Shown here: positions 56,034 through 64,000 of the stretch, piece by piece
How the letters are laid out: each line of letters opens with the position of its first letter
Numbering within the stretch: position 1 is the first letter of the stretch
NCBI GenBank assembly: GCA_963422655.1
Contig: OY730440.1
Span: 2,425,442 to 2,489,441 of the forward strand
Length of the DNA stretch: 64,000 bases
Direction of reading: 5' to 3'
From: Acidimicrobiales bacterium
GTDB taxonomy: Bacteria; Actinomycetota; Acidimicrobiia; Acidimicrobiales; Aldehydirespiratoraceae
Made by a program: the position numbers and the translations under genes
Notes under the pieces: model-generated
What the model was told of the DNA's origin: nothing
What the model saw: the letters and a program-made list of their open reading frames with translations, nothing else
Databases searched by the model: none

Positions 56034-56828
56034 TTGTGGTGGGCTCGACAAGTAATCATTGGCGCGAGCTACTATGGTGCCGACGTGAACGGCAAACAGT
56101 GGTTTCCTATTGCCGATGAAGTCGATTCGGCTTCCACGCCCCGCCGTCGGGCCGGCGAAGCCGAAATCTTGCGCTGGGCTGAAGCTCTTGCTGGCATCGC
56201 TCGCACCGGTTTGGGGTTTACCGAGAGCCAGTACGAGCGGGAGCGGTTCGAGGAGGTGCTGGCCGTGGCGGCCGATATCAGGTTCCACAGCCGCGGTGGC
56301 ATCGATGCCGATCATCAGGTCCAGGAGTGGTTGGACGGGGTCGGCGCCGGGGTGGCCGGGTACGTCACACCCAAGGTTACGGTGGGAGCTGTCGTTGGTG
56401 ACGGGCAAGGCCGGTTGCTGCTGGTCCGCCGGGCCGACTTCGGGATCTGGCTCTACCCTACCGGGTGGGCCGACGTGGGTTACTCGCCGGCCGAGGTGGT
56501 GATCAAGGAGGTGGCCGAGGAGACCGGGATCGAGTGCGAGGTGGTCCGGCCCATCGCCATGTTCGACGGGATGAGGCGGGGTTTCACTCGCATCCCGGTG
56601 GTGTCGCTGGTGTTTCACTGCCGGATGATCGGTGGTGAGCTCCGTCCCCACCCGCTGGAGTGCACCGACGTCGGTTTCTTCGCCGAGGACGACCTGCCGG
56701 AGCCGACGGCTCAGGCCGACTTGTGGGCCGAGCACGCCTTTCGAGCTATTCGGGGCGAAGCTGTCGAGGTGTTGTTCGACGCGCCCCGGAACCCGCCATG
56801 GCGGGGTGATCGGGGTCTCGGCTCATGA
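56034..56828 (+). CDS. NUDIX hydrolase with N-terminal Nudix_N_2-like helical domain
   Basis: ILRWAEALAGIARTGLGFTESQYERERF N-domain. Nudix box GWADVGYSPAEVVIKEVAEETGI. Start uncertain. Confidence 0.8.
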   Translation: MWWARQVIIGASYYGADVNGKQWFPIADEVDSASTPRRRAGEAEILRWAEALAGIARTGLGFTESQYERERFEEVLAVAADIRFHSRGGIDADHQVQEWLDGVGAGVAGYVTPKVTVGAVVGDGQGRLLLVRRADFGIWLYPTGWADVGYSPAEVVIKEVAEETGIECEVVRPIAMFDGMRRGFTRIPVVSLVFHCRMIGGELRPHPLECTDVGFFAEDDLPEPTAQADLWAEHAFRAIRGEAVEVLFDAPRNPPWRGDRGLGS

Positions 56829-57733
56829 CCGGCCAGGGTGCCGCCGTCGAAGCCTCGATCTCCGAGGCTGCCGGTTCGGATTCGATCGTCGATTACGGCA
56901 CTACCCGGGACGGGTTGATCCAACTCCGGCGCCGTTGGCCCGCCCTGGGCCGACCCCGGGCGGTGGTATACGTGCTCCACGGGATCTCCGAGCACTCGGG
57001 TCGGTATGACCATGTGGGCCGGGCCTTGGCCGCCCGGGGTTTCGAGGTGGTAGCGACCGATCATCGAGGCCACGGGTCCTCCGGCGGTCGGCGGGCCCAT
57101 GTGGGCAGGTGGGCGGAGTACCTCGACGACGTCACCGATCAGCTCGGCCAGATCCGCCGGCTCGGCTTGCCCGTGGTGATGCTGGCCCATTCGATGGGCG
57201 GGCTCATCGCCCTCAGCTACTGCGTCGAGGGGCGCCCACCCCCTGATCTACTGGTCACTTCGGGCCCGGCTCTCGGCTACGGAGGAGGTCCAGCCCGATA
57301 CCTCGTGCGGATGGTAGGCCCGGCCTTGCGCCGGGTGGCTCCCAACGCCACGGTCAGATCCGGGATCGATCCGTGGTTGCTGTCTACCGACCCCGGAGTG
57401 GGTGAGAAGCTGGCCGCCGACCCTTTGTGGAACCGGGGCACCACCATCTCGCTCGGCCATCGGTTGCTGGAGGCCATGGAGCGCACTCGCCGTGACATCG
57501 ACCGTCTCTCCGTCCCCACCCTGTGTATCCATGGAGGCGACGATCGTCTCGTACCCATCGCCTCGTCGGAAATCTTGGCTTCGGTTGCTGGCGCGCAGCG
57601 GCGGGTGTACGAGGGGCTACGTCACGAGGTGTTCAATGAGCCGACCGGTCTGGACGTCTTGGCCGAAGTGATCGACTGGATCGACACCGAACTGACCCGG
57701 GCCGAGACTGGCTCGGAGATGGGGACCGGGTAG
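56825..57733 (+). CDS. Alpha/beta hydrolase (lysophospholipase/monoacylglycerol lipase-like)
   Basis: VLHGISEHSGRY, nucleophile elbow AHSMGG, late HGGDDRLV and H in GLRHEVFNE. ATGA overlap upstream. Confidence 0.85.
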   Translation: MTGQGAAVEASISEAAGSDSIVDYGTTRDGLIQLRRRWPALGRPRAVVYVLHGISEHSGRYDHVGRALAARGFEVVATDHRGHGSSGGRRAHVGRWAEYLDDVTDQLGQIRRLGLPVVMLAHSMGGLIALSYCVEGRPPPDLLVTSGPALGYGGGPARYLVRMVGPALRRVAPNATVRSGIDPWLLSTDPGVGEKLAADPLWNRGTTISLGHRLLEAMERTRRDIDRLSVPTLCIHGGDDRLVPIASSEILASVAGAQRRVYEGLRHEVFNEPTGLDVLAEVIDWIDTELTRAETGSEMGTG

Positions 57734-58648
57734 CTAACCGCCCCGCTTGTTGTCGCGCAAGAACCGTTCCACTTCGGCTACCAGGGTCTCGGGGTCGTCG
57801 TTGAGACCCTGGCCTCGATTCTCGTCCCAGGCCCGTTCGAGACCGGCAACGTATTCGGCCGTCTCGCCGTCCTCGGCCACGAGCCGGTTGACCTCGCCTT
57901 CGTAGGTTGCCACTGACTGCTCGAGATCGGTGAAACGGATGCCGATCTCGGTCATGACACAGACCCGCTCTACCAGAGCCAGCGCTGCCTTGGGTGATGG
58001 AGCCGCGGGCACGTAGGAAGGCACTGCCGACCACAGCGACACGGTTGGGAATCCGGCGTCCCGGCAGGCCGTCGACAACACCCCAACGATTCCTGTAGGG
58101 CCCTCGTATGTGGACGGCGAGAAGTTCAGCTCCACCCGGAGCCGGTCGTCGTCAGTGGTACCGAATACCTCGATGGGCCGGCTGTGGGGAACCTCGGCCA
58201 GCAACGCTCCCAGAGTGACGATACGGACGACTCCGAGAGCCCGGGCCGTGGCTATGACCTGTTCGCTGAATGTACGCCACCGCAACTGAGGCTCGATGCC
58301 GATGAGCACCACGATGTCATGATCGGCATCCGATACTGAAGCGGCCCGAAAGACGTTGGTGGGCCAGATCAATGATCGGATGCGATTCTCATCGAGGCGG
58401 ACCTGGGGCCGAGTGGCGGTGAAATCGAAGAACGGTTCGGGGTCGATCTCAGCGGTTACCTCCGCTTTCAACCGGTCGGCGAAGTGTCGGGCCGCGGTGG
58501 TGGCCGCGTCGCCGGCGTCGTTCCAGCCCTCGAAGGCCGCGATCAGGATCGGGTGCCGGAGGTCGGGGATCGGTCCGGTCCAGCAGACGAACCCATCGCC
58601 AGCATGCGAAGGAATGGACACCGGCCCCAACGCTATCGTCCCGGTCAC
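57734..58648 (-). CDS. PAC2-family protein (proteasome assembly chaperone-like)
   Basis: PILIAAFEGWNDAGDAAT is the family N-terminal signature. Confidence 0.75.
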   Translation of the reverse strand: MTGTIALGPVSIPSHAGDGFVCWTGPIPDLRHPILIAAFEGWNDAGDAATTAARHFADRLKAEVTAEIDPEPFFDFTATRPQVRLDENRIRSLIWPTNVFRAASVSDADHDIVVLIGIEPQLRWRTFSEQVIATARALGVVRIVTLGALLAEVPHSRPIEVFGTTDDDRLRVELNFSPSTYEGPTGIVGVLSTACRDAGFPTVSLWSAVPSYVPAAPSPKAALALVERVCVMTEIGIRFTDLEQSVATYEGEVNRLVAEDGETAEYVAGLERAWDENRGQGLNDDPETLVAEVERFLRDNKRGG

Positions 58649-58649
58649 C

Positions 58650-60584
58650 TCACCGGCTCAGCTCGGGACGATCCCGGAAATGATCGAGGGCTTCGGGGTT
58701 GGCCAGTGCCTCGGTGTTGGTCACGGGGCGGCCATGGACTACGTCGCGTACGGCCAACTCGGTCATCTTGCCCGAACGGGTACGGGGAATGTCAGCCACG
58801 GCGGCGATGACAGCCGGCACGTGGCGGGGGCTCGACTCGGTGCGGATCCGGTGCCTGATCTCGGCTCGGAGTCGAGCGTCGAGCTGATAGCCCTCGGCCA
58901 TCCGTACGAACAGCACGATGCGGGTGTCGCGGTTCCATTGCTGGCCGATGGCGACGCTTTCGGCGATTTCTGGCATGGCGTCGACCCGCCGATAGATCTC
59001 GGCTGTGCCGATGCGAGCTCCGCCCCCGTTGAGGGTGGCGTCGGACCGGCCCGAGATCACGAACCCGCCGTGAGGGGTGCGGGCCGCGAAGTCGCCGTGA
59101 TGCCAGACCCCGTCGAAGCGATCGAAGTAGGTGGCCCGGTAGCGGGCGTCTCCGGGATCGTCCCAGAACCTCAGCGGCATCGACGGGAAGGAGCTCCGGC
59201 AGATCAGCTCACCCTCGGTCCCGATGTCGAGGGTCCGGCCGGCATCGTCGACGACGTCGATGGCCATACCCAGCACCGGTCGCTGGATCTCGCCCCGGTA
59301 CACCGGCCCGGTAGGGTCGCCGCCGACCAGACAACCGCACAGGTCGGTCCCGCCCGAGATGGAAGCCAGATGGACATCGGCCTTCACGTTGTCGTAGACC
59401 CAGTCGAATCCTTCCGGTGCCAGTGTCGATCCGGTCGAGGTGATGGTACGTAGCGACGACAAGTCGTGGGTGTCGATGGGGCGGATCCCAGCCTGACCGC
59501 AGGTGTCGATGAACTTTGCCGATGTACCGAACAACGTGATCCGGGTCTCGTCGATGAGATCGAACATCGCGTCGATGTCGGGGTGGGTCGGCGAGCCGTC
59601 GTAGAGCACGACGGCAGCCCCGCTGGCCAGTCCCGAAACCAGCCAGTTCCACATCATCCATCCCGTCGTCGTGAAGTAGAATATCCGGTCGCCCGGTTTC
59701 ACGTCGCAGTGGAGCTGATGTTCAACTGCGTGCTTCAACAGCACGCCCCCGGTCCGGTGCACGATGCATTTGGGTCGGCCGGTCGTGCCCGACGAGTACA
59801 GCACGTACCAGGGATGGTCGAAACCAAGCGACCGGAGTTGCATAGGCCCACCCTCGTAGCCGTCGAGCCAGCCCGGCTCCACCCGCACCGTGCGCCGCAA
59901 CGACGCCAAGCCGGCGGTGATGGAACCGAGGCGTCCCAGACAATCATGACGCCGACCCCCGTAGTTGTAGTGAGGGGCGGCGAAGAGCACGACCGGTTCG
60001 ATCTGGCCGAAGCGGTCGAGCACACCGTCGACCCCGAAGTCGGGGGAGGTGGAGCTGAACACTGCCCCCAGACCGGCTGCGGCCAGCATAATGGCACAGG
60101 TCTCGGGCCGGTTGGGCATCCAGGCTGCTACCCGGTCCCCCTCGGTGACCCCGGTTTCGATCAGCAATTTCTGGATTCTGGCCGTCATGTCGTGCAGCTC
60201 GGCTCGAGTGAGGGTGGCGCTGGCGCCGTCCTCGTCTCGATACAGCAGGGCCAGGTCTTCGGACGGGTCGCCGAGCAGGTTGTCGGCCACGTTCAGAGTG
60301 GCGTCGGGCAGGAACCGGGTCCGGCGGAGCTCTTGGTCACCGGCAACTAATCGCCGGCCCCGGTGGCCCCTGATCCCGCAGAAATCCCAGGCCGCGGCCC
60401 AGAACCGGTCGGGATGCTCCAGCGACCAGCGGTGCAGGCTCGAGTAGCCCTCCGGATGGTCACCTCCGGCTCCGCCGTAGAGATCGCGCCGATAGGACTG
60501 GAAGCGGCAAAGATTGGTGGCATCCACCCGATCGGGTGATGGTCTCCACAACGGGCCGGAGGTTGACGACGGCTCGGGGGTCAC
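58650..60584 (-). CDS. Acetoacetate--CoA ligase (acetoacetyl-CoA synthetase)
   Basis: PLWRPSPDRVDATNL N-terminus, AMP-binding YSSGTTGRPKCIVH, C-terminal PRTRSGKMTE. GTG 60584 overlaps the GNAT stop (GTGA). The upstream part of the ORF-track frame is not used. Confidence 0.9.
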   Translation of the reverse strand: MTPEPSSTSGPLWRPSPDRVDATNLCRFQSYRRDLYGGAGGDHPEGYSSLHRWSLEHPDRFWAAAWDFCGIRGHRGRRLVAGDQELRRTRFLPDATLNVADNLLGDPSEDLALLYRDEDGASATLTRAELHDMTARIQKLLIETGVTEGDRVAAWMPNRPETCAIMLAAAGLGAVFSSTSPDFGVDGVLDRFGQIEPVVLFAAPHYNYGGRRHDCLGRLGSITAGLASLRRTVRVEPGWLDGYEGGPMQLRSLGFDHPWYVLYSSGTTGRPKCIVHRTGGVLLKHAVEHQLHCDVKPGDRIFYFTTTGWMMWNWLVSGLASGAAVVLYDGSPTHPDIDAMFDLIDETRITLFGTSAKFIDTCGQAGIRPIDTHDLSSLRTITSTGSTLAPEGFDWVYDNVKADVHLASISGGTDLCGCLVGGDPTGPVYRGEIQRPVLGMAIDVVDDAGRTLDIGTEGELICRSSFPSMPLRFWDDPGDARYRATYFDRFDGVWHHGDFAARTPHGGFVISGRSDATLNGGGARIGTAEIYRRVDAMPEIAESVAIGQQWNRDTRIVLFVRMAEGYQLDARLRAEIRHRIRTESSPRHVPAVIAAVADIPRTRSGKMTELAVRDVVHGRPVTNTEALANPEALDHFRDRPELSR

Positions 60585-61009
60585 AGCCAGTAGCGGTAGA
60601 CGTTGGATTCCCGCAGCTCGAAACCCAACTGCTGGTAGAGACGGTTGGCGGCGGTGCGTGATGGCCGCGAGGTCAGGTCGGTGCTGGTGGCGCCAGCGGC
60701 CCGGGCCATCTCCAGAGCGGCTCGGTTGAGCTCGAGTCCCACCCCTTGTCCCCGAGCCCTCTCGTCCACCACCACGTCTTCGATGCGGGTCCGGATGCCG
60801 GTGGGGATCCGGAAGCTGACCAGGGTGAGAGACCCGACGATCCCGGTCTCGGCCCGGGCTATCAGCAGTGCCGTGGCCGGTGAGGTCACGATCTGGTGGA
60901 GCTGGTTCCGGCCCGGCGGCGGTTTCGACGCCGAGAGCTGAGGTATGAGCCGAGCCATGGCCTCGACCAGTTCGTCGGTTACCTCGGTGCATTCGGTGAT
61001 GGTGAGCAT
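60581..61009 (-). CDS. GNAT-family N-acetyltransferase
   Basis: VVVDERARGQGVGLELNRAALEMAR acetyl-CoA binding motif. ATG 61009 preferred over 61036. Confidence 0.85.
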   Translation of the reverse strand: MLTITECTEVTDELVEAMARLIPQLSASKPPPGRNQLHQIVTSPATALLIARAETGIVGSLTLVSFRIPTGIRTRIEDVVVDERARGQGVGLELNRAALEMARAAGATSTDLTSRPSRTAANRLYQQLGFELRESNVYRYWL

Positions 61010-61065
61010 GGTTCCTCGGTGGGCCGGACATTCCAACCGAACATTAGCGGTGGCCGAGGCCGGGT

Positions 61066-61127
61066 CCCGGAGTTATCTGTTCGGCCCGGAGTTATCTGTT
61101 CGGCCCGGAGTTATCTGTTCGGCCCGG
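61066..61127. repeat. Perfect tandem repeat, 3 x 19 bp (cccggagttatctgttcgg) plus a 5-bp partial copy
   Basis: Read directly. The TAA stop (61092-61094, minus strand) of the PQQ dehydrogenase lies in copy 2, and the last ~11 codons are repeat-encoded. Confidence 0.95.
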
Positions 61128-62351
61128 CGCTATCCGGGCCACTGGTCCGCTCAGCGACAGGGTATAGAGTTCGCCGTGCGCATCCCGACCGAATGCGACG
61201 AGATCGCCACCGGGTGCCTCTACGCCCAGGTCACGGAACGAGACGACGCCCCCGACTGTCGACACGGCCCAGATGCGCGAGGTGCACCAGTCACCGAAAA
61301 CGTAGGCGCCGCCCAGGTCGTTGATGGCCGACCCCCGGTACACGTAGCCTCCGGTCACGCTGCATCCCTGATCCCGCCCGTATGCCCATACCGGGTCGAC
61401 GTGGCCGGGGGGCCGGTCGCCGGTGAAGGGGTGCAGCCCCTCTCGCAGTCGCCATCCCAAATTGGCGCCTGCTCCCGCACCGTTGGCAGCCAGCAGCAGG
61501 GTGACCTCCTCATAAGCGCCTTGGCCCACGTCGGCCACCCACAGGTCACCGGTGAGGGGATCGAAGGAGAACCGCCACGGGTTGCGGACACCGGTGAGGA
61601 AGATCTCGGGTCGGCCCTCGGCGCCATCGCTGAAGGGATTGCCGGGAGGGATGGCGTAGGGCTCACCGGCTTCGGGGGTCGGGTCGATGCGCAGGATGGC
61701 GCCCAGCCATGAGAACGGGTCCTGGCCAGCGTCGAGCGGGTCACCACCGGATCCACCGTCACCGAAGCCGATGTAGAGACGGCCGTCGGGGCCGATCCGT
61801 AACCCGCCTCCGTTGTGGTTGGAGAAGGGCTGCTCTTGGACCAGGATGGTTCGGCGCCGGCCGCTCAGGCCGACGCCGGAACGTTCGAAGGCTTCGACGT
61901 GGGTGTGACCGTCGAGGTCGGTGTAGTCGAGGTAGAGCCAGTTCTCGGTCACTGCCATGCCGAGCAGGCCTCGTTCGCTGTCGGTGGTGGTTTCGGCGCT
62001 GATGTCGAGGATGGTCTCTGCCACGACGCCCTGGTCGAGGTCGATCCGCAGCACCCGACCGGATCGCTCGGCCAGCCATACCAGGTCGTCTCCGGGGGCT
62101 ACGGCCATGTCGATGGGCTCGTCGAGGGTCACGATCACCTCGGCGTCGATCTCGACCGCACCGAGATCTGCCGCACCGAGATCTGCCGCACCGAGATCTG
62201 CCGCACCGAGATCACCGGTGACGAGGGCGGACGCTGAAGTCTCCGGACGGTTCGAATCGTCGCTGGCGCAGTCGGCGGTTGCGATGGCTACAGTCAGGAC
62301 TGCTGCGGCCGAGAAGGCGAAAGGCCGCAAGGCCGGGCTGGGTCGGGTCAA
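61092..62351 (-). CDS. PQQ-dependent sugar (glucose/sorbosone) dehydrogenase-like lipoprotein
   Basis: Lipobox VAIATADC. HNGGGLRIGPDGRLYIGFGDGGSGGDP. TTG 62351 overlaps the tesB stop (TTGA). Confidence 0.85.
   Translation of the reverse strand: MTRPSPALRPFAFSAAAVLTVAIATADCASDDSNRPETSASALVTGDLGAADLGAADLGAADLGAVEIDAEVIVTLDEPIDMAVAPGDDLVWLAERSGRVLRIDLDQGVVAETILDISAETTTDSERGLLGMAVTENWLYLDYTDLDGHTHVEAFERSGVGLSGRRRTILVQEQPFSNHNGGGLRIGPDGRLYIGFGDGGSGGDPLDAGQDPFSWLGAILRIDPTPEAGEPYAIPPGNPFSDGAEGRPEIFLTGVRNPWRFSFDPLTGDLWVADVGQGAYEEVTLLLAANGAGAGANLGWRLREGLHPFTGDRPPGHVDPVWAYGRDQGCSVTGGYVYRGSAINDLGGAYVFGDWCTSRIWAVSTVGGVVSFRDLGVEAPGGDLVAFGRDAHGELYTLSLSGPVARIAPGRTDNSGPNR
62156..62213 (-). repeat. In-frame tandem repeat, about 3.9 x 15 bp (ccgcaccgagatctg) encoding (DLGAA)n
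   Basis: Protein reads TGDLGAADLGAADLGAADLGAVEID just after the lipoprotein signal. Confidence 0.9.
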
Positions 62352-63175
62352 CCGATCCTCCGGATCAAGCCCTCCTGCACCACTGAAGCCACCAAGTGGC
62401 CGTCCCTGGTGAATACCCGGCCCATGGCCAGCCCTCGAGCCCCGGTGGCAGCCGGTGTGTGCTGGTCGTAAAGCAGCCATTCGTCGGCTCGAAACGGCCC
62501 GTGGAACCACATGGCGTGATCGAGGCTGGCCATCATGATGTCGGTATCGAGCACGCTGGTGCCGTGGGGCAACAGCGTGGTGTCGAGCAGGGTCAGGTCG
62601 CTGGCGTAGGTGAGCAGGCAGGTATGCAGCACCGGGTCGTCGGGGAGAGTACCGTTGGCTCGCATCCATACCTGCTGGGTAGGAGGCAACGACTGGGTGC
62701 GGCCGAGGGGGCCGGCGGTCACGTAGCGGATGTCGAGGGCGGCATGTATCCCCTCGTCTCGGGGCCGATCCGAAAGAAGGTCGGGATCGGGCGCAGCCGG
62801 CATGGGGTCGAGGTGCTGGTAGCCGTCTTCGGGGAGGTGGAACGAGGCTGCCAACTGGAAGATGGCCCGGCCGTGCTGGATGGCGATGACCCGCCGGGTG
62901 GTGAACGATTTCCCGTCCCGGATGCGGTCGACCTCATAGAGGATGGGAGCCTTCGGATCACCGGGCCGCAGGAAATAGGCGTGCAGCGAGTGCACCGCAC
63001 CCTGCTCGACGGTACGGGCCGCAGCAACCAGAGCCTGCCCGGCCACTTGGCCTCCGAACACCCGGATGCGGTTCTCGTCCGAAGTAGTACCCCGGAAGAT
63101 GTTGACCTCGATGGATTCGAGGTCGAGGACCCGAACCACTGCGTCGAGGGCACTCTGATTGCGGGTATCGAGCAT
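62348..63175 (-). CDS. tesB: Acyl-CoA thioesterase II
   Basis: VFGGQVAGQAL, YEVDRIRDGKSFTTRRV, double hot-dog length. Confidence 0.9.
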   Translation of the reverse strand: MLDTRNQSALDAVVRVLDLESIEVNIFRGTTSDENRIRVFGGQVAGQALVAAARTVEQGAVHSLHAYFLRPGDPKAPILYEVDRIRDGKSFTTRRVIAIQHGRAIFQLAASFHLPEDGYQHLDPMPAAPDPDLLSDRPRDEGIHAALDIRYVTAGPLGRTQSLPPTQQVWMRANGTLPDDPVLHTCLLTYASDLTLLDTTLLPHGTSVLDTDIMMASLDHAMWFHGPFRADEWLLYDQHTPAATGARGLAMGRVFTRDGHLVASVVQEGLIRRIG

Positions 63176-63230
63176 CAGACCATCATGCCGGAATCGCCTG
63201 GTTCAGCGGCGCCGGTAGCCTCTGGAGCTG

Positions 63231-63713
63231 ATGATGAGCATGATCACGCCGGTGCTGGTCCGGCTACGACGGACCCACGGCGCCAAGGCGTTGCGGTACT
63301 GCGGGGTATCGGCAGTGAACGTGATGGTGGGTATGACCATGCTGGCACTGTGTTATTCGGTGCTGGGTTGGCCGGCTGTAGCGGCCAACCTGGCTGCCTG
63401 GATAGTGGGCACGGTCCCCGCTTATCTGCTCAGCCGGGCCTGGGTGTGGCAGCAGAGCGGAACTCATCGGATGGGCAGCGAGATGATCCTGTTCTGGATG
63501 ATGGCTTTGGCCGGGTTGGTGCTGTCGTCGGTGACAGTGGGACTGGTCGATCGGTACACCGATAGCGCTCTGTTGGTCCTGGCCGGCAATTTCATTGCTT
63601 ACGGCGCGGTTTGGGTGGCGAAGTACCTTTTCCTCGACAAGGTTATGTGGCCTTCCGGTCAGCCGGTCGACGTCGAGGCAGCCGGCGCAGTCGAAGCCGG
63701 CTCAGGGCGGTGA
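63231..63713 (+). CDS. GtrA-family membrane protein
   Basis: RYCGVSAVNVMVG.., four TM segments, C-terminal KYLFLDKVMW. Confidence 0.8.
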   Translation: MMSMITPVLVRLRRTHGAKALRYCGVSAVNVMVGMTMLALCYSVLGWPAVAANLAAWIVGTVPAYLLSRAWVWQQSGTHRMGSEMILFWMMALAGLVLSSVTVGLVDRYTDSALLVLAGNFIAYGAVWVAKYLFLDKVMWPSGQPVDVEAAGAVEAGSGR

Positions 63714-63726
63714 TCGCCGGTCGGTG

Positions 63727-64000
63727 ATGCAAGACCGTCTCCGCCGGGCCGCTGAGGCAGCCCGGGGGTTCATGCCTCCCGCCGAGGGGTTGGCCCTCTA
63801 CGAAGCGGCGATGTCTGTGACGGTAACGGGCCCGATGCTGGAGGTGGGCAGCTACTGCGGGAAGTCGGCCGTCTATCTGGGAGCGGCCGCTAGGTGTCGG
63901 CACCGGATTCTCTTCGCCCTCGACCATCATCGGGGCTCCGAGGAGAACCAGGCCGGCTGGGAGCATCACGATCCCGAGTTGGTCGATGCCGAGCTGGGCA
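63727..64000 (+). CDS. Class I SAM-dependent methyltransferase (partial, continues past the window end)
   Basis: Manual translation from ATG 63727: MQDRLRRAAEAARGFMPPAEGLALYEAAMSVTVTGPMLEVGSYCGKSAVYLGAAA...; the LEVGSYCGKS motif I resembles the ORF at 52737. Confidence 0.6.
   Translation, partial: MQDRLRRAAEAARGFMPPAEGLALYEAAMSVTVTGPMLEVGSYCGKSAVYLGAAARCRHRILFALDHHRGSEENQAGWEHHDPELVDAELG

Overview
This is a high-GC (about two-thirds GC by eye) actinobacterial chromosomal window, possibly Acidimicrobiia-like. It is densely coding and mostly housekeeping. From memory, gene order parallels the Mycobacterium Rv3660c-Rv3579c region: Tad/Flp pilus operon, nhaA, topA, MFS transporter, tmk, holB, tRNA-Thr, sigH/rshA-like pair, tilS, folK, panC, coaX, lysS, clpC, ispDF, TrmH-family methyltransferase, tRNA-Thr, groEL. 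The left third (6.5-17.5 kb) is a probable N-heterocycle catabolic cluster: a xanthine-dehydrogenase-family enzyme, XdhC and YqeB-like maturation proteins, two amidohydrolases, LLM oxidoreductases and RidA. I found no transposase, integrase, CRISPR array, toxin-antitoxin pair or recognisable defence system. The main observations are: (1) the [2Fe-2S] domain fused to the molybdopterin subunit has lost every cysteine; (2) a ~173-bp copy of the clpC promoter, leader and first 34 codons is fused in frame to ispDF; (3) about 15 short (11-20 bp) tandem duplications sit at or beside start and stop codons, and two of them split ancestral ATGA gene overlaps; (4) two low-GC genes encode secreted FN3-rich proteins, one an S1 protease and one carrying SLH domains; (5) three domains look catalytically degenerate (Fe-S, DSP phosphatase, HAD). 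All product calls come from motif recognition in the translations. No database search was run, and most start codons are approximate.
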